From: an uncultured Thermoplasmata archaeon
GTDB lineage: Archaea; Thermoplasmatota; Penumbrarchaeia; JAEHCK01
Direction: 5' to 3'
NCBI GenBank assembly: GCA_965602865.1
Contig: CBFDAW010000001.1
Coordinates: 1 to 25,148, forward strand
Length of the DNA stretch: 25,148 bases
Positions 22,983-25,148 of the stretch are shown here, one piece after another. The notes under the pieces are model-generated. The model was not told where the DNA came from, made no database searches, and saw only the letters and a list, made by a program, of their open reading frames with translations. The stretch's first letter is position 1; the number at the start of each line of letters is the position of its first letter. The translations under genes were made by a program, and so were the position numbers.

Positions 22983-25148
22983 ATGAAATTGGGAGAGAGG
23001 CAAATATCTATATTGTTAGCGATGATCATTATTCTAACAATATTTCCAATTTTACCACTTCCCTATGCTATTAGCGATTTGAGTGCCCCGTCATCATTAA
23101 AGCCACATGATACTATTTGCATCAATGGCAACAGTCAATTTACGAAGGCAAATGGTGTGGTGAGTGGGGGCGGAATAAAAAACAATCCGTATATAATAGA
23201 GAACTGGGATATAAATGCAACAAACAGATTAAAAATACTAATGTTTATTTTATAATAAGAAATTGTTATGTGTATAATGGTTCAATGGGCTCCCCTCAAA
23301 AAAACGGAATATTTTTCAAAAATGTAAAAAATGGAATCGTGGAAAACAATAGGATAATCAATAATCATTATGGAATATATTTGAATAATTCAAATGGTAA
23401 TATAATTTCAAACAACACCTGCAACTCGAATATTTATTATGGGATTTTTTTTATATCAAGCTCTAACAACACCATTTCGAATAACATTGCCAACTCGAAT
23501 CACATGAATGGAATCTTCCTCTTATCAAGCTCTAATGACAATATCATAATCAATAATATCGCCAATAAAAGCCAAGTTGGAATCATCCTTATCTCAGACT
23601 GTAACAAAAATACCATAACCGGTAATATTGCCAACTCAAACTTACCCTATCATGGGATTAACCTTCATGATGCTTGTAATGAGAACCTCATAGCCAATAA
23701 CATCGCCAACTCGAACGGAGATGATGGGATTATACTTTGGATAAATTGTAATAACAATGTTGTATTCAATAATAACGCCACCTCAAACGGTGAGCATGGA
23801 ATCGTCATTGGTAGAGACTCTATAGATAACGTAATCACCAATAATACTTGCAATTTGAACAATGATAGTGGCATCTACATCTTTAAAAACTCCAATAACA
23901 ATATTATCAATAATTGCTCAGTTTCTTCAAATTCAAAGTATGACTTTAAATTAATGGGATATTGCAAAAATAATATTGCAATAAATACATCTTTTGATAC
24001 GATTTATGTCCATGATCCAACCTCGAAATTAATTATTAAAAATTATCTTCATATTAAGGTTAACTATACTAATGATTTTCCAGTCCCGGGGACTGATTTA
24101 GAAGTAATAGATAATAATAAGACAATATATGCCACCTCGGGCTTTGGGGGGATAGCGCCAAAAACAAATGCTCATGGCCAAATCAAATGGATATTAGTTA
24201 CAGATAGAATTTATAACGGAAGCGCTATTGCAACAGAAAATATTACTACTATGACGGTTAAATTCAATGACATTGAGATTCTAAATGATAATAGAGAAGT
24301 AAATATGTCGACTTCTCATTTTGAAAATTTTACGGTTAATCAAAGTTATAATTTGTTACCTAATAAAATTAATTTAATGAGTCCTCCTAATAATTCTTTC
24401 ATAAACGATCCGGCACCTGAATTAAAGTGGATAGCTGGGACTGATAGAAATGGCGATCTATTAACGTATTTTATCCAAGTAGATGACTTAGGTGACGATT
24501 GGAAATCATTGATAATCAATAGACATATGGGGATAGGGACACTAAATTGGAATATTGTTACTCCATTAATGGATAATCGTTACCAATGGCGTGTTTGTGC
24601 TCACGATGGTCTTGGAAATGGCTCTTGGAGTGATGTTTGGAAGTTTACGATTGATACAAAACCGCCAAACTCTACAATAACCTCGCCTATAAATGACCGT
24701 TTCTATAATAGTTTGAAAACTATATCCGGTACGGCTTATGATATTCCAAATGGCTCAGGGTTATTTGAATTAGAAATCGTTATTAAAAGGCTTAGTGATA
24801 ATTATTATTGGGCGGGGTCTAAGTGGGTTTTTGGAGAAGCCTGGTTGTTAGCCTACGGAAATTCAGAATGGGAATATAATTCAACTTATGTAAAATGGAC
24901 TTCAGGCGCTCGATATAGAGTTCAATCCCGCAGCACGGATATTGTGACGAATGTTGAAATTCCAAGTAGTGGTAATATATTCACTTATGATTCGGAAAAC
25001 GTTATATTTTCAAATGCACTGCCATTAGCTACCATTGTATCACCAATAGAAGAAGTTGAGGTCGGAATTACCATATCAGATGCGACTTCAGGCGTTAATG
25101 CATCAACGATCGAATATGCAATTTCAAATGATAAAGGTGTGATATGGA
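22983..25148 (+). pseudogene. Frameshifted secreted right-handed parallel beta-helix (NosD/CASH-like) plus Ig/FN3-like surface protein, 3' end outside the window
   Basis: Frame 1 (22983-23255) encodes a signal peptide and ...NPYIIENWDINA. The -1 frame continues QIKNTNVYFIIRNCYV...NGIFF and is stop-free from about 23225 to 25148 (about 640 codons), with GIxLxxSxNNxIxNN repeats followed by Trp/Tyr-patterned beta-sandwich domains. Confidence 0.88.

Noticed and set aside
23228-23236. Programmed -1 ribosomal frameshift at attaaaaat
   Set aside because: A TTA AAA is not a canonical X XXY YYZ heptamer, and the joined product would still lack about four conserved residues, so a deletion fits better.

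Overview
AT-rich archaeal chromosomal window with no rRNA, tRNA or CRISPR array that I can support. The host is most plausibly an uncultured Thermoplasmatota lineage, inferred from eS1, eL15, the archaeal type IV pilin, the HTH-STAND-TPR regulator and CARDB-rich surface proteins. Housekeeping genes: rps3ae, rpl15e, hdrC-hdrB, a UbiA/DGGGP-synthase-like prenyltransferase, a GT2 glycosyltransferase, SemiSWEET, a gamma-carbonic-anhydrase-family protein and a DHH phosphoesterase. The most unusual part is 604-3460. Two paralogous Rab-like small GTPases flank an operon for a 3-TM membrane protein and a small helical partner. Next to them lie an alpha-SNAP-like helical-repeat protein and a 1595-aa FG-GAP/CARDB receptor-like protein. 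Both GTPases carry lesions that the ORF track hides: an in-frame TGA at the first P-loop glycine in copy 1, and an 18-bp switch-I deletion in copy 2. Also absent from the ORF track: a 254-bp MITE with 17-bp terminal inverted repeats and a perfect 11-bp target-site duplication (15644-15897), a palindromic element present twice 21 kb apart (1958-2015, 22894-22943), and a frameshifted beta-helix surface protein gene running off the right end.
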